This document shows positions 27,094 through 39,221 of a stretch of DNA of 64,000 nt, piece by piece. The stretch lies in the NCBI GenBank assembly GCA_023920165.1, contig CP089275.1:372001-436000 (forward strand). Reading direction: 5' to 3'. The notes under the pieces are model-generated. The model worked only from the letters and a program-made list of their open reading frames with translations. It did no database searches and was not told the DNA's origin. How positions within the stretch are numbered: the stretch's first letter is position 1; each line of letters opens with the position of its first letter. Origin of the DNA: Curvularia clavata. Taxonomy: Eukaryota. Both the position numbers and the translations under genes were made by a program.

Positions 27094-28914
27094 GTACTTT
27101 ATCAATTGGAAGGGTCATGAGACTGAGGATGTCTTGAACCTGAAATTGTGCGACATACGCCGCATGAAGTAGAAATTGGCCTCGAGTCTGGATGCTGTCG
27201 AATATGTAGAAGGCATGTTGGCCTTGATTGTACAGGCGAAGATCAGTACTACTTCGGTCAGTTCGCGTGTTGGGTTGGCCTCCTACCATACATTTTGGCT
27301 CACCACAAATGGCAAAAATCCTTAATTTGCAGCCCAATTCCAAGTTTTATGATTGTCAGCACCCGCAGTTCGCAGTTTGCAACGTGTCAGACAAGATTGC
27401 TTCTTACATAGGTGCCCTACGTAGCAAATAAATTCTCAGCCCATAATTTGATAGCGCGCAGGCGCTTTTTACCTTACTCGTTCCGTCGGTCTAATACCTC
27501 GCATCAATCTATAGATCCCGAAGCGTGAGAGCAGTTCTAACTGTTGCTTTCAAGTAGAAAACGACAGTATAACGTGACATGGTTCGACGTTCTTCTCCCG
27601 CAATTTAACGTTCCGTAGTACGTCTCGAACAAACGTTTGAATCCTTGCCGTCCATGGAAGCGGTAGGTTCTTTTTGCTTCGTCTAGCCGAGGCCGACTCG
27701 GTGACACTACTACCCCACAAACCAGACTACCGGCTACTTTGACAGCGCACCGACATCAAGTAGATAAAGTGCTCCTCCGTACACGAGGCTGGTGATTACC
27801 TGCTCTTCCATTAGGCCTGCGCCGAGCGTTTGGCTATTATGCCGAGGCTGAATACCTTCCGATTGTTCTTCCATCACCAGGTATCATCTTGACAACGTTG
27901 CGCAGTTTTCGTGCACTTACGTCATGCGCGCCTAAAAAAGTTGCATGAGAGAACTGCCGAACGCTCCCCTTGTGACAGGCGGGCATAGTTGATATAGCCC
28001 AATTTACCAATTTACTACTTTTGGTGTGTTCCCCACTCCGCGACACACATGGCAGATACATGCGGAGATTTTGTTACAAACAGAGTCAGTGATGTGCGTG
28101 CACAGTCGATCACCTTCCCTGTTTGAGATGTTTCGGAAACAAAGCGCGGTAGTAGGTTAATTAATCCAACGCGCGGCGTCATTTAGGATCCATGCGTCCC
28201 ATGCGCTGATTCATGCTGTTTTTGTGAGCACTCTTTGACCTGCGAGTTTTTTTTCTCCAAGTCCATGGCTTACGTGATTTGGCTCTTATTTTTGACATTT
28301 TGTGACTACTTGTACTTGTAAGATCAGTGAAACAATGAACACATATGTCACTTGAACGACGTGCTACAATTTTACTTTGGACTTAGACTGAAGGGGTTGT
28401 TGGCCCGTTCTTATTAGCAGGGATTGAGCCAAGAGAAGCTTCTGAAACGGGGAAGTGCCAGACCTTCCCTGTTGTTCTTTCAACGTCGATTGGGTTTATG
28501 CTCTACGCTGGCCTACCGTTCCTTGTCAGAAACGGCTGACATCTGAGTTGCTGATAACACTCTTTGCAGCGGAACTATAGAATCAATATTGTTCCAGGCC
28601 CATGTAAAGAAGAGATAGGGTGTAATAATGGCTCTCAAATGCCGCACAAAAGCAGAAGATACTCGGAAAAACTCTCTAGTGGCTAAGTTACTGGTTGTGG
28701 GGTAAACTCGTATTATAGTACTTGCAGATCCGTGCGCAACCTATGTAGAGTGTTTTGATGAAGGGTGAGTTCACCAACAACGGCGGGTACGGAGATCGGT
28801 CCTGACCATGCCTAGCACCTGAAAGGGTCTCCTTTGGAGGCCAGAAAAACATAAAAGGAGTAAAGACCCGCACAAGAGGTCTGCCGCTAGACTTGCACAT
28901 CACCTCCTTCCAAC

Positions 28915-29841
28915 ATGCATGCCACAACTACTCTACTCGGCGCTATCGCTGCCATCTGTGCAACTGCCAATGGCGCTCTCACTCGCGTCAACGACTTTGG
29001 GTCCAACCCAACGAACCTTCAGATGAACATATATGTTCCCGCGAAGCTGGCCACTAAGCCCGCCATTATCCTTGCCGTGAGTTTTTTGCAATTGTTGACA
29101 AATGTTCCAAACTGACTCATGTAGCTGCACCCCTGTGGAGGCTCTGGCGAGGGATATGCGCAAATGACAAAGTACAACAGCCTCTCGGAGCAGAAGGGCT
29201 TCATCACCATCTTTCCTTCGACCAAAAAAGACAACAATTGCTGGGAGGTCAATACCGCGAAGGGACTTTCTCATGAGAAGGGCGGTGATAACCAAGGCCT
29301 AAACAACATGATTCAGTACACTATCAAGAAGTACTCGGCCGACCCTGCTAAGGTCTTCGTCACTGGTAGCAGCTCTGGATGCATGATGACCAATGTCATG
29401 ATGGCCACCTACCCAGAGGTCTTCTCCGCAGCAACATGCTACTCCGGCGTGGCAGCAGGCTGTGTCGCAGGCAGCCCTGGCGCCAGTCCTAGCACCGCCG
29501 ACCCCCGTTGTGCCAACGGCCAGGTCATCAAGACCCAACAAGAGTGGGTTGCGCAAGTCAAAGCCATGTACCCAGGCTACACCGGCAGCTATCCTCGCAT
29601 GATGACCTACCACGGCACCGCCGACACCCTCGTCAAGATCCCTAACCTGGGCGAGCAATTGAAGGAATGGAGTGGTCTCCTTGGCGTTTCCTACACCAGG
29701 AACGTTACAAACACCCCTCAGAATGGTTACACCCAGATGATCTATGGCGATGGTACGAAGCTTGTAGGAATCAGTGCGGCAGGTGTTGGACACACGGTGC
29801 CCGTGCATGAGACTGAGGACTTGAAGTGGTTCGGGCTGTAA
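28915..29841 (+). CDS. Secreted CE1 acetylxylan/feruloyl esterase (PHB depolymerase-like family)
   Basis: Signal peptide, FGSNPTNLQMNIYVP, LHPCGG, VTGSSSGCMM nucleophile elbow, HGTAD, GVGH; intron about 29077-29124; no CBM1. Confidence 0.93.
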
Positions 29842-30118
29842 ATGTTACGGTTTTCAACTCCTCAAGCAAGCTCACTGCGAGTTGAAATCAGAGTAGTGGA
29901 TGGGACTGACTAGCAGAAGACACCTTGTAAATAAGTCTGCGTTGGTCATTTTGCTCTGGTGGCATGTATATAGTTTCAAAATTTGGGTTTATCAACCCGT
30001 ATCTTCGATCCCAATACGGGAGCGCTTTCCAAAAGGCTGCTTGGTATATTTTCACGGAAAATTTACGACATCATAGTGAACAATTTACTATTCTGCACCT
30101 TCGTTGTATGGCTCAACC

Positions 30119-31729
30119 TTAATTCTCAACATCATTGGCAACACCCATTACCATGTCAAGATCTTTCTCAGTCCTTTGCCACTCTTCCCTTACTACGTCC
30201 AGTACCCATTTTCCCCTAGGCTTTAGACAGAACTTGAACGGCTTTGGCTCGGTCATGAACCCTACAACTACCATCGACCATGGATCTATGTCCTCGCCCT
30301 CACATACTTCCACATCGAATGCCCAAAGTAGATGCGCAACGTTCAAAAACGTTCCGTCAGTAGCTACACGCTTCCCCTGACATATTCTTCGACCTTGACC
30401 GAACACGGGAAGAGGCAGGTCGCTACGAACTTTCCCATCACGAAGCCAGCGTTCGGGTACAAATTCTTCGACATCACCGTGAGATGAGTCAAACACTTTC
30501 TTGTCGCGACCAACGGCCCACGCATTTGCCATGATTGTGACGCCTTTCGAAATTTTCGCGCCAGCATATTCGTCGTCTCGATCAGCGCGTCGCGGAATGG
30601 ACCCCGGGGATATAGGCCGCCAGCGAAATAGCTCATGGGTAGCGGCGTCAATATAGGCTAGGTCTTTTCGGTCTGCGAATCTTGGGAGACGGTCGCGGCC
30701 GACGACCTCGTCCAAAACTCGATGCGCATGAGTCAAGAATTCACGATTCCGGACAGCCGCGACAAATAGCCAGAGCATCTGACGAGGTGATGTTTCCATG
30801 CCACCTTGAATTGACGTCGCAAGCGTAAAAGCAAGGTCCAGATCCGCCACCGGGTTGTCCGCGGGAGCGTGTTTTGATGCGGTTGCAATAGCTTGTTTTG
30901 TAGCATTCCAACCTGGTGCGTCTTTACCATAATTGAAGAGGCGCATATAAAGATCCACTTGCAACGAGTAGAGTTTATTGGCATACTTCTGCCACGGGGA
31001 GATCGACGTGGGCAAACGGCGCAGAAACGGCATGAGATCTGGGAGCTGAGGATTTGCCGCAAGATGAGTGACTTTTGCTTGGATATTCATGATTTCGTGA
31101 AGTACCGGATCCTCGAAACTAGGGATACGAAGGCCATAATGGAGCGCTAAGATAACACTGGATTGAGTACGTTCGAGCAGTGGGTAGAGAGTTTTTGTAG
31201 TAATTGTACGACCGTCAATGGAGTTTCTAAGAGCGTTGTTTATATCAAAAAGCAGCTGCTTAGCTTCAAGTTCCATGAGCGGTTGATACTTGTCAGCTGC
31301 AGGGGCACCCAGACTTGGCGATAGGACACGGTGGTGCAGCTTGAGATGTTCATCGTAGTCATGCATGAGTGTGAATCGAGAGCGCCCTGGCTTGGCCCCG
31401 GTAATCATTTCCATGGTTACGGAAGCTGGTCGGTTACTGTACCATTGACTGCGGCGACTGAAAAGTTCGGTAACGGCTTCTTGCGAGTTGAGAACGACAA
31501 TGGGCATAATCCCAAAGAGTCTCGTAACAATTATCGGCCCATTTCGTTCAGACCATGCGCTCCAGTTTACCATCGGCCTTTCGACTGGGGAGCTATGAAG
31601 ATCGCCAATGAGGGGCAGCTTGAGAGGTGGCTTCTCCTGTGCAGCGCGGCGATTCTTGTTGTTGATGTAGACGTAAATCAAAGTCAGTGCGCCCACTACC
31701 AGAAAGACAACCGCGGTGGAGTTGGACAT
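30119..31729 (-). CDS. Cytochrome P450, intronless
   Basis: N-terminal anchor, ELFRWRP (ExxR), FVPERW, FGQGRRICQG heme motif. Confidence 0.95.
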   Translation of the reverse strand: MSNSTAVVFLVVGALTLIYVYINNKNRRAAQEKPPLKLPLIGDLHSSPVERPMVNWSAWSERNGPIIVTRLFGIMPIVVLNSQEAVTELFSRRSQWYSNRPASVTMEMITGAKPGRSRFTLMHDYDEHLKLHHRVLSPSLGAPAADKYQPLMELEAKQLLFDINNALRNSIDGRTITTKTLYPLLERTQSSVILALHYGLRIPSFEDPVLHEIMNIQAKVTHLAANPQLPDLMPFLRRLPTSISPWQKYANKLYSLQVDLYMRLFNYGKDAPGWNATKQAIATASKHAPADNPVADLDLAFTLATSIQGGMETSPRQMLWLFVAAVRNREFLTHAHRVLDEVVGRDRLPRFADRKDLAYIDAATHELFRWRPISPGSIPRRADRDDEYAGAKISKGVTIMANAWAVGRDKKVFDSSHGDVEEFVPERWLRDGKVRSDLPLPVFGQGRRICQGKRVATDGTFLNVAHLLWAFDVEVCEGEDIDPWSMVVVGFMTEPKPFKFCLKPRGKWVLDVVREEWQRTEKDLDMVMGVANDVEN

Positions 31730-32089
31730 GCTGGTAGCCGATCTTGAAACCTAGCCAAATTATGGAAAACTCACTCGGTTGGAAGACATACCGAAAAAAC
31801 GTGGCTATTGCCTATGGATGCGCCCAGTATTGCCGAGGACGATCCTCCACCAGCCCCACTCTGATTTAGTAGGCGAAATGGCAACGACACGTCTCATAGC
31901 TTGTAGGTACACGTTACTACATACCTATACGCTTCCATTTTTGTTTTTTGAGAAAATCATAATAAGCTATGCAGAATCCTATGAAGCTTGCCTCTATCTG
32001 AGAGATGAAATTGCATATGCAGTAGGCAATGAATACTCAGGGCTAGGAGAGACATGGATTGTATTGTACGAGCTGCGATTCACTAGCTA

Positions 32090-32995
32090 CTCCTGAGGTA
32101 CGAGCACCACGCGGCTTTCTCTGGATTCAAGGTACCGTGGTACAATCAATTCTAAGAGAGCGTGTAGCGGCCTGATGTCATGATAGATGGACGGCGCCCA
32201 CATGTTTTGGATATTTTCCATGTGTGCAGCACTCTGTTACAGTCGGACAGTAGTTTCCAATTCGAACATCCAAATGAATGCACCTTTCCCTCTCTTGCAT
32301 AGGTGATATCAACTAGATTCGCTATTGAATTGTACTTCAATTTGTAGTAGAAGAGACTCAGAGTTGACGGACGCCCATTCGCGAGGTAGGATTATCTGGC
32401 GAGCCACAGGACGGGAGACTGTAGTTAATCCATTTCGTGAGTCGAGCGGCAACTTTTCTGGCATTCGGTTCATTATGTGTGCTGTAATTCTGCCTAATTC
32501 AATCGCCATATCGCGATCTTTGCATAGTTCCTCTGTGATGAGGTTTGATCCACCATGTGCGACTGGCACAACGAACAAGTCGATTGGTTGCGGATGCGAG
32601 TCACGCACATTGTAAACTGGTACGCACCAACACCTCGAGGTCGATCCATCGTCTAGTTCGTTGTCATATAGAACGACCTCGTCCTCTATCAGCTCGTAGA
32701 AACGTTTCGCGCTATCATACAGTGACAAGTCGAGTATGTGGATGGAAATGTTATTGTAGACTGTCGTTCGTTCGTGCCGCGATCCTGGCTTTACCCGAAG
32801 CCCATAGTCATTAACGAGTTTGAGGAAGCTGATGATGATGGTTGTGGTCTCGTCCAACTTCATGTCGATATTCACACGGTCCAGCCCCAGTGAGCTGACC
32901 TGTGTTGCCACTTCTTCTGAGGTCTGAGGCCATAAAAAATGATCGACGCGACCTCCGCTTGACCCCGTCCTTCGCGCCCAACTGTCCTCTCGCAA
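32090..32995 (-). pseudogene. Hypothetical ORF, probably disrupted
   Basis: 228-codon open frame without a clear ATG; protein-like sequence continues in frame past TGA (32309) and a TAA; no family recognised. Confidence 0.35.
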
Positions 32996-33581
32996 TCTCC
33001 AGGCAGACTATAGGTCCACCCCTGGATAAGACACGAATCGAATTGCATATGCTAATAACGTACACGAGAGTGTCATATCACGCACCAAGTAGGCGATTCA
33101 ACGTCTCGAGGTGTAATAGGAGTGGTGTAGGATACAAAAGCCAAAATGGTGATGAGAACATGCATGTATTTGAGGACCGATTCCTTATAGGCGATGTTTG
33201 ATTATTGATAGTTTGAATGATATAATATATAGTACATCATATCATGTCGCCTGGCTATCCAAAGGACAAGAGTAAGATACGCTCTATGTCTGCCAAGCAC
33301 CAAAGTCCTTGCTGTAACTCTTCCAACGACACAAAATGTTCACTAAACGCTAACAACCTGCTGTATGTGTGTATTCATCTCAGCTCCGTTTGAGTCATAC
33401 ATTCGTGTCATGGATTTTTGCTAGATTAGATAGCTTGGCTAATGTGAAGCAGGGCGGATTATAGCCATTCTACAGTGAATGAAATAAAAGAATAGTCTCA
33501 GGATCACAACAGGGGAAAGAATGAGGGAAAACGTCTCGTATAATTGCATCAGTCATACTTTGCCCACTGATTTTTAAAAAC

Positions 33582-33700
33582 GACCGCATTTTCACCATTT
33601 GATGATAATCACATCTCCGCCAGTGCCGAAAAGTAACACATGCTAGAATTGTTATTTTTAGCCTTCGTTTGGTGAGAGACGAGGACGTCCACAATTTTCC
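33582..33700 (+). repeat. Degenerate dispersed repeat, copy 2
   Basis: Same blocks and orientation as 22486-22593. Confidence 0.7.
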
Positions 33701-35261
33701 ACCCACACAGTGCAAGAGGCGTCAAACTTAGCGGTTTGATTTCCTGTGCAATCATACCGAGCGTAAGGACATTCGACGGATCAAAACCGCCTCTCGCGCA
33801 TGGGAAAGACTAAATACGAAGGAAATAAAGTAAGCTTCGGTAACTAGTTAGTGGTATCCGGCAGTACCGGATGGCTGGACACCAGTAAGAGTAGTGAAGC
33901 ACCGCCATGCATATGCACGAGGCATAAGCTCGCTGCTTGGCTACATACTATCGTCGCATAGTCATTATGCTATCCCGCCTCATCATATGTATATACCAAA
34001 TTCGAGTCTCGATAACTTTTTCACGTAATATTGAGAAGGCTATAGAATATTTACAGATTGACGATCGTACTGTCGCCCCACGATAGTCGTGCCGATGCCG
34101 AGTTGCACCGCCTAAGAAAGTAGCGCCGACACTTATCCTATCTTGTCGTTTGTCGATTTTACTTCGGTGATTGGAAATACTCAGCCCTCCGACCTCTTTC
34201 CAAAAGCTCCTCCCAATCAAGCTTAGTGCTGATGGTATTCTGATATCCTACCAAGTACTTCGTCGGCTAACAAGCGTTCTAGATTGGTGACTGCCGAAGC
34301 TGCAACGGCTCGATTACCGGTTACCAGGGAATGCCAAATCGATCGACATTTTCTCTGGTGGTCCTATCTACGCGGTTGTCTAGACTCGCCTGAAACCACA
34401 TCAACAACTGCTACAAACGACGTCATGGAGGCCTAGATAACCAGGCGATGCGTGGGGAACATGTAAAGATCGAACTTCTCGTTCCCCTTGACAATTTGTG
34501 AAGTACCGTTTCTGATTTTGCCAGCTGATTTGCCTTTTCTTCTCTCACGATTTCTCACTGCATCCATATCTTTCCCGATCCATTGACGGACCACAGAATC
34601 GTCCCGTCCGCATTTGTGCAATGAAGCAAGCTAAAAAGCACACAGGCACATACGCGGGACGGCCACTCTACGGAGGTAATCCTCCTGCATTGTTGTTTTG
34701 ACAAGAGTCCGAGCTATGGCTCAGAAAAACTCCAATTGTACACGCTTCGACTGTGGTGTCTCGTATTCACATGGCTGGTTACCAAAAGCAAGGGCGCATT
34801 TTAGAACTTCGATAGCAATTCAGCGTTATTCGTTGCATTCAAAGGAGTTCACTCGGGACATAGAACTCAATATCACTAATAATAACTTCCTGAGATCACT
34901 AGAAAAACAGCCCGGGAACCTGGATGCAGGCATCCGATGTATGGACATGAATCAGGCGAGTCTGACCTCGAAAGTCTGGGATTGTACCCGTAAGTAGGCA
35001 TGGCGCACAGGCATTCTGTTTCTGGATCCATACAACAACATACGATTGCAGACTGGGCACCGCATACCCTTGGGAAAGATACACGGTTATAGATTAACCC
35101 AGGACAGAGTGAGCTGTAGTGCTTACTTGGTCTTTAACAAGCCGGCTTCCATAGCCGATTTTGACTATGCCGCGAACAATGATCATGACGACGAAGCTAG
35201 CGATTTTGGAAGGACATGGAATGCGCGTCAAAAAGAACGCAGCATGGCTTGCGATTCGCAG

Positions 35262-35269
35262 TATAAATA
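35262..35269 (+). promoter_or_regulatory. TATA box of the knottin-like gene
   Basis: TATAAATA about 85 nt upstream of ATG 35350. Confidence 0.55.
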
Positions 35270-35349
35270 CCTGATCCCCTGGGACATGTCGAAGTCCATC
35301 ATCTCATCGTCTATCAAAACACCCATCGAAAAGAAATCCAATCTCCACC

Positions 35350-35703
35350 ATGAAAGTCATCGCAACCATTGCTGCTATCCTCGGCGTTGCGTCCGCTATC
35401 GCTCTCCCTGCGGAGCTTCAGGAGCGCCAATGCACAAACAACGGGCGTGAGTATATCCTCTTCCTAAGACGTGTCAACCTGCTAAGAAGATGACAGTCTC
35501 CTGTTCGTTCCCAAACCCCACGTGCTGTTCCGGATACTGCCATGGTATGCATTTTCCTACACTAGTTTGATTTTAACTATTGAGTATGTTACTGACATTT
35601 CCGGGCAGCCATCCAATGTGGTGGCGATGTTTATAATTGCGAACCGCCGGGCACGGCCTGCGTACAAGGAAAGAAGGGTACGAAAGGCGGCAATGGCAGT
35701 TAG
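35350..35703 (+). CDS. Small secreted 8-Cys knottin-like prepropeptide (79 aa)
   Basis: Exons 35350-35446, 35497-35544 and 35609-35703 give MKVIATIAAILGVASAIALPAELQER-QCTNNGLSCSFPNPTCCSGYCHAIQCGGDVYNCEPPGTACVQGKKGTKGGNGS. Confidence 0.88.
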
Positions 35704-37191
35704 GAATAATGTCTTCAGCGAATAAGGGAACAATGTTGAATCCACTACAACTTTCGTCGTGTCCTTCTAATCACCAGAACACTGGACAGTAAACGTGCAA
35801 GCTTCATGGCTGTACTTAATCTACATAATTACAGTCCACTTTCACACTAGAAGGAAACTGATTGAGTCGCGTTTTCATAAAAACGTTGATTTCTTGCTCA
35901 AATCTTACTGTAAATGCCGTTCTTTGTGTTTGCCCAAGTTTCTTGGAATCAGGAAAGTCCTAACATGCGCAGTGTTCATCTGCCGATACAGTCCATATAT
36001 CTCGGACAGCTTGCTAATTCGACATTCTAGCAGTGCAAAGATAGATACAGTGTAGCGTGGGTTGAAATCACTGCAAGATAGGTGGTCAGATAGTGACGAT
36101 GTCAGCGATCTACTGGTCTATTGGGTACCGGGAGATCGACAAAACATCCCTTTCAAAAGCTTACCACGTACTAGCTATTCTTTTAGGCAGGTAACAGGTA
36201 ACAGCTCATAAATGAGCCTCTGACCAAGATCAGGGCACAAGTTTAGTGGCAGCTTGATTGGCTGTTCCGTCATTCTTGAGATATATTCATACTACCGGGA
36301 AGACAATGAGCCCACGCAAGCCAAAGAAACTACTTCGCTTCCGCAACAAACAACTACCATGTCCTGTTTCACGTGATGGTCCCAAACAAGGGCATTCATG
36401 TGGGGGTCTCCAAAGCAATACCTATCATTTCCATCAGCCACAGCACAATCGCGACATGCCGCCACGATATGTCGTGCTTTCTAGCGGCCTTAGCAGCAAG
36501 CATGAGAAGCAGTCTAGCAAACGGATCACAATGCCCATCCAACGAAACCGCGACATGCAACGCAGAGGAGAGACAAAAGGGAAGAAGTCTGATGCATATG
36601 GTTGGGGGGCGCTTCGGGTGGTCGGCCTCGGCCCTGCTAGTGCTGGGCTAGTGAGGGGCACACCTAACCCCACCAGGGACGCCATCTTTCCTGTTCGCAG
36701 CCAGCCGTGACATCACGTTTTGTTCGTCCCCAAATCACGGTGCTGTATGGAAGTGTCCACTAACCGACTCCCATGCGACGCCTGCATCAGGGCAGCCGCT
36801 CTGCCTGCATATGCCCCGTGTCCTTGCTGACTGACCTGGCAGTTTCCAGCCACTGTACAGCGTACGTTTCGCGGGATTTCTGGGGCCACTAGTATTCCTT
36901 ACGCCGTGCTGGTAGGGATTCCACGCTCAACAGCAATTGTGGATTTCGGCATACGTACCATCAGCGATCGGCAATTTCCTTTTGTTCGGTTCCTGGTGTA
37001 TAAGAGTCTGCTAGTGCCCCTCTTATTTCCCCTCTCTATGAAAAACTAGGTTTGCACGCTGTCTGGATTGGAATATATCTCGACACTTCTCTTCGCTACC
37101 ATTGCCCACCGAGAGCTTTGCAAAGCACTTGTTTTACTTACTGTAGGATACTTGGAATACAGATCCTGCAATATAGTCGACAGTTGCTACA

Positions 37192-38855
37192 ATGTCGAGC
37201 AAACCGATTTTCGTGGCGACTCATCCGCGAGCATGCTCGACGGCCTTTGAGCGGGTAAGCTGGTCACCACTTTTCCCTTTTTCTGCTGTGGAACAGGCTT
37301 CTCACAGTTACCAAGGTCTTTATGACACGCCACGACACACTCCAATGCGTACATGAGCCATTTGGCGACGCTTACTATTTTGGTCCTGAACGCCTGGCTG
37401 AGCGCTATGAAAACGATCCAAAAGCTCGCAAAGAGAGCGGTCATGAACATAGCACTTACAGGACCGTATTTGACCACATTGCCCAAGAGAACTCGGAGGT
37501 TCGTTTGCTAATATTCTTTTTACCTTTTCGCTTTACTGCTGCTCTCCTTTTCATCATGTCTTGTATCCAGATTCTTCTACCATTAATCCAATTTTTTTCA
37601 TCACAGTCCCAGATTTGCTTTTGCGTGTTTCCACATTTTGAATGCTCTTCACTACACCAGCATTTTTTCTTTATCGGTAACCCCCGAAGCTACGTGTTCC
37701 ATATATCCGCCCATTTGCACCTGGCATTATCATGACAGCCGAGACCCAGACTGTTTATCTCATTCTGATTTTCCGGATCCTGAAAATGGGATGTCTTTCC
37801 TTTCCATTGGCGATGCAACATAAAAGCTTTTCTTATCAACATTCCACTTCTGAGCCTGACCTCAATTTTGTCGTTTTCGCAAAATATAAATTTTGAAGCC
37901 CAGCGAGACCTGTGCCACAGGTAGAGCCTCATGCTCACCTTAACCTAGGGAAAACGCGCCTTCATCAAAGACATGGCCCAATACTGGATCCCACCGAGCG
38001 GCAAGCCGGCCACCATTGCGCCATCTCTGTCCAACTATCGCCGCGGTGTAGGAACGAACACAACGGAGCTTTCCCCTGTAAACACACGATCGGATCCATC
38101 CAAGCCACCGTACCCATACGACACGGAAGGCGAGCCAGGAAACCCAACCGTGATTCCCAAGGACCTGCTTGCGACATATCACTTCACCTTTTTGATCCGC
38201 CACCCAAAATACAGCATTCCATCATACTACCGATGCACGATACCACCGCTAGACGCCATGACAGGTTTCTACAACTTCCGGCCCGACGAAGCCGGCTACG
38301 ACGAGCTGCGGCGTCTGTTTGACTTTCTGCGGGCAGAAGGCCAGATTGGGCCGAAATTCGCTGGCGAAAAGGGCATCGACCACAATGACCAGGCCAACGG
38401 ACACACGGGCGGCGTGGAAATTTGCGTCATTGACGCGGACGATTTGCTTGATAACCCGAGTGAGATGATCAAGGCGTTTTGCAAGACGACGGGTATCGAG
38501 TGGGACCCAGGAATGCTGCAGTGGGACTCAGAGAAGGACCAGAGAATCGCCAAGGAGGCATTTGAGAAGTGGAAGGGCTTCCACGAAGATGCGCTGGATA
38601 GTGATCGCCTGAAGGCGAGGACGCATGTGAGTTTTTGTCCCCCCGTTCGTGTCTTTTTAAGTCCAAGATTTTTTGTTTTGCATTTCCAGGGTAACTAACA
38701 AGCGGATTTAGAAAAAAGAGCCCAAGTCCGATGAGCAGATGTTTGCAGAGTGGAAGGAGAAGTATGGTGAAGAGGGTGCCAAGGTGATTCGGGATACGGT
38801 TGCGGAGAATGTGGAGACGTACGAGTACTTGAAGCAATTTGCTATCAAGCTCTAA
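37192..38855 (+). CDS. P-loop/sulfotransferase-like fold protein of unknown function
   Basis: THPRACSTAFER, VHEPFGD, FIKDM, TFLIRHP, VIDADDLLDNP, W.GFH.DA; introns 37255-37315, 37499-37948 and about 38627-38711. Confidence 0.88.
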
Positions 38856-39221
38856 AGTAGGGGGGAAGGCACCGAACAAAATCCTTTTTTTGAAGGTATG
38901 ACCTTTTGATTCTGTTTTCTTGCGTCTACGGTCGAGATGTGACGCTATAGAGCGATACAGCAAAAAATGCACGAGATATAAATACATGATGTGCCCCACC
39001 GTAATGCGCAAAACCCCAAAAATCGTACATGGTTTGGAAACGGTAAAAGCTGAATCCCCAAATGCGCCTAATAATGTACCATGCAAAAGGTATAAGCAAT
39101 TGGAAAAGAAAAGCAAGTCCTACCTTCTGACACCGTTTCCACAGAACACCTGCGCTAGCCTAAAACAACGGAAGAGTACGAAATTAAAACAAGTGGAAGA
39201 AGAAGCGAGATAAAAGCTACG

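Noticed and set aside
24053..31729. Secondary-metabolite cluster (amine oxidase + esterase + P450)
   Set aside because: No backbone synthase, regulator or transporter; two of the enzymes are secreted; long spacers
37499..37948. TPP riboswitch in the long intron
   Set aside because: The conserved TPP aptamer core (CTGAGA...CCTGA...TAATGCC.GCG.AGG) was not found by eye, and the host is not a thiamine gene
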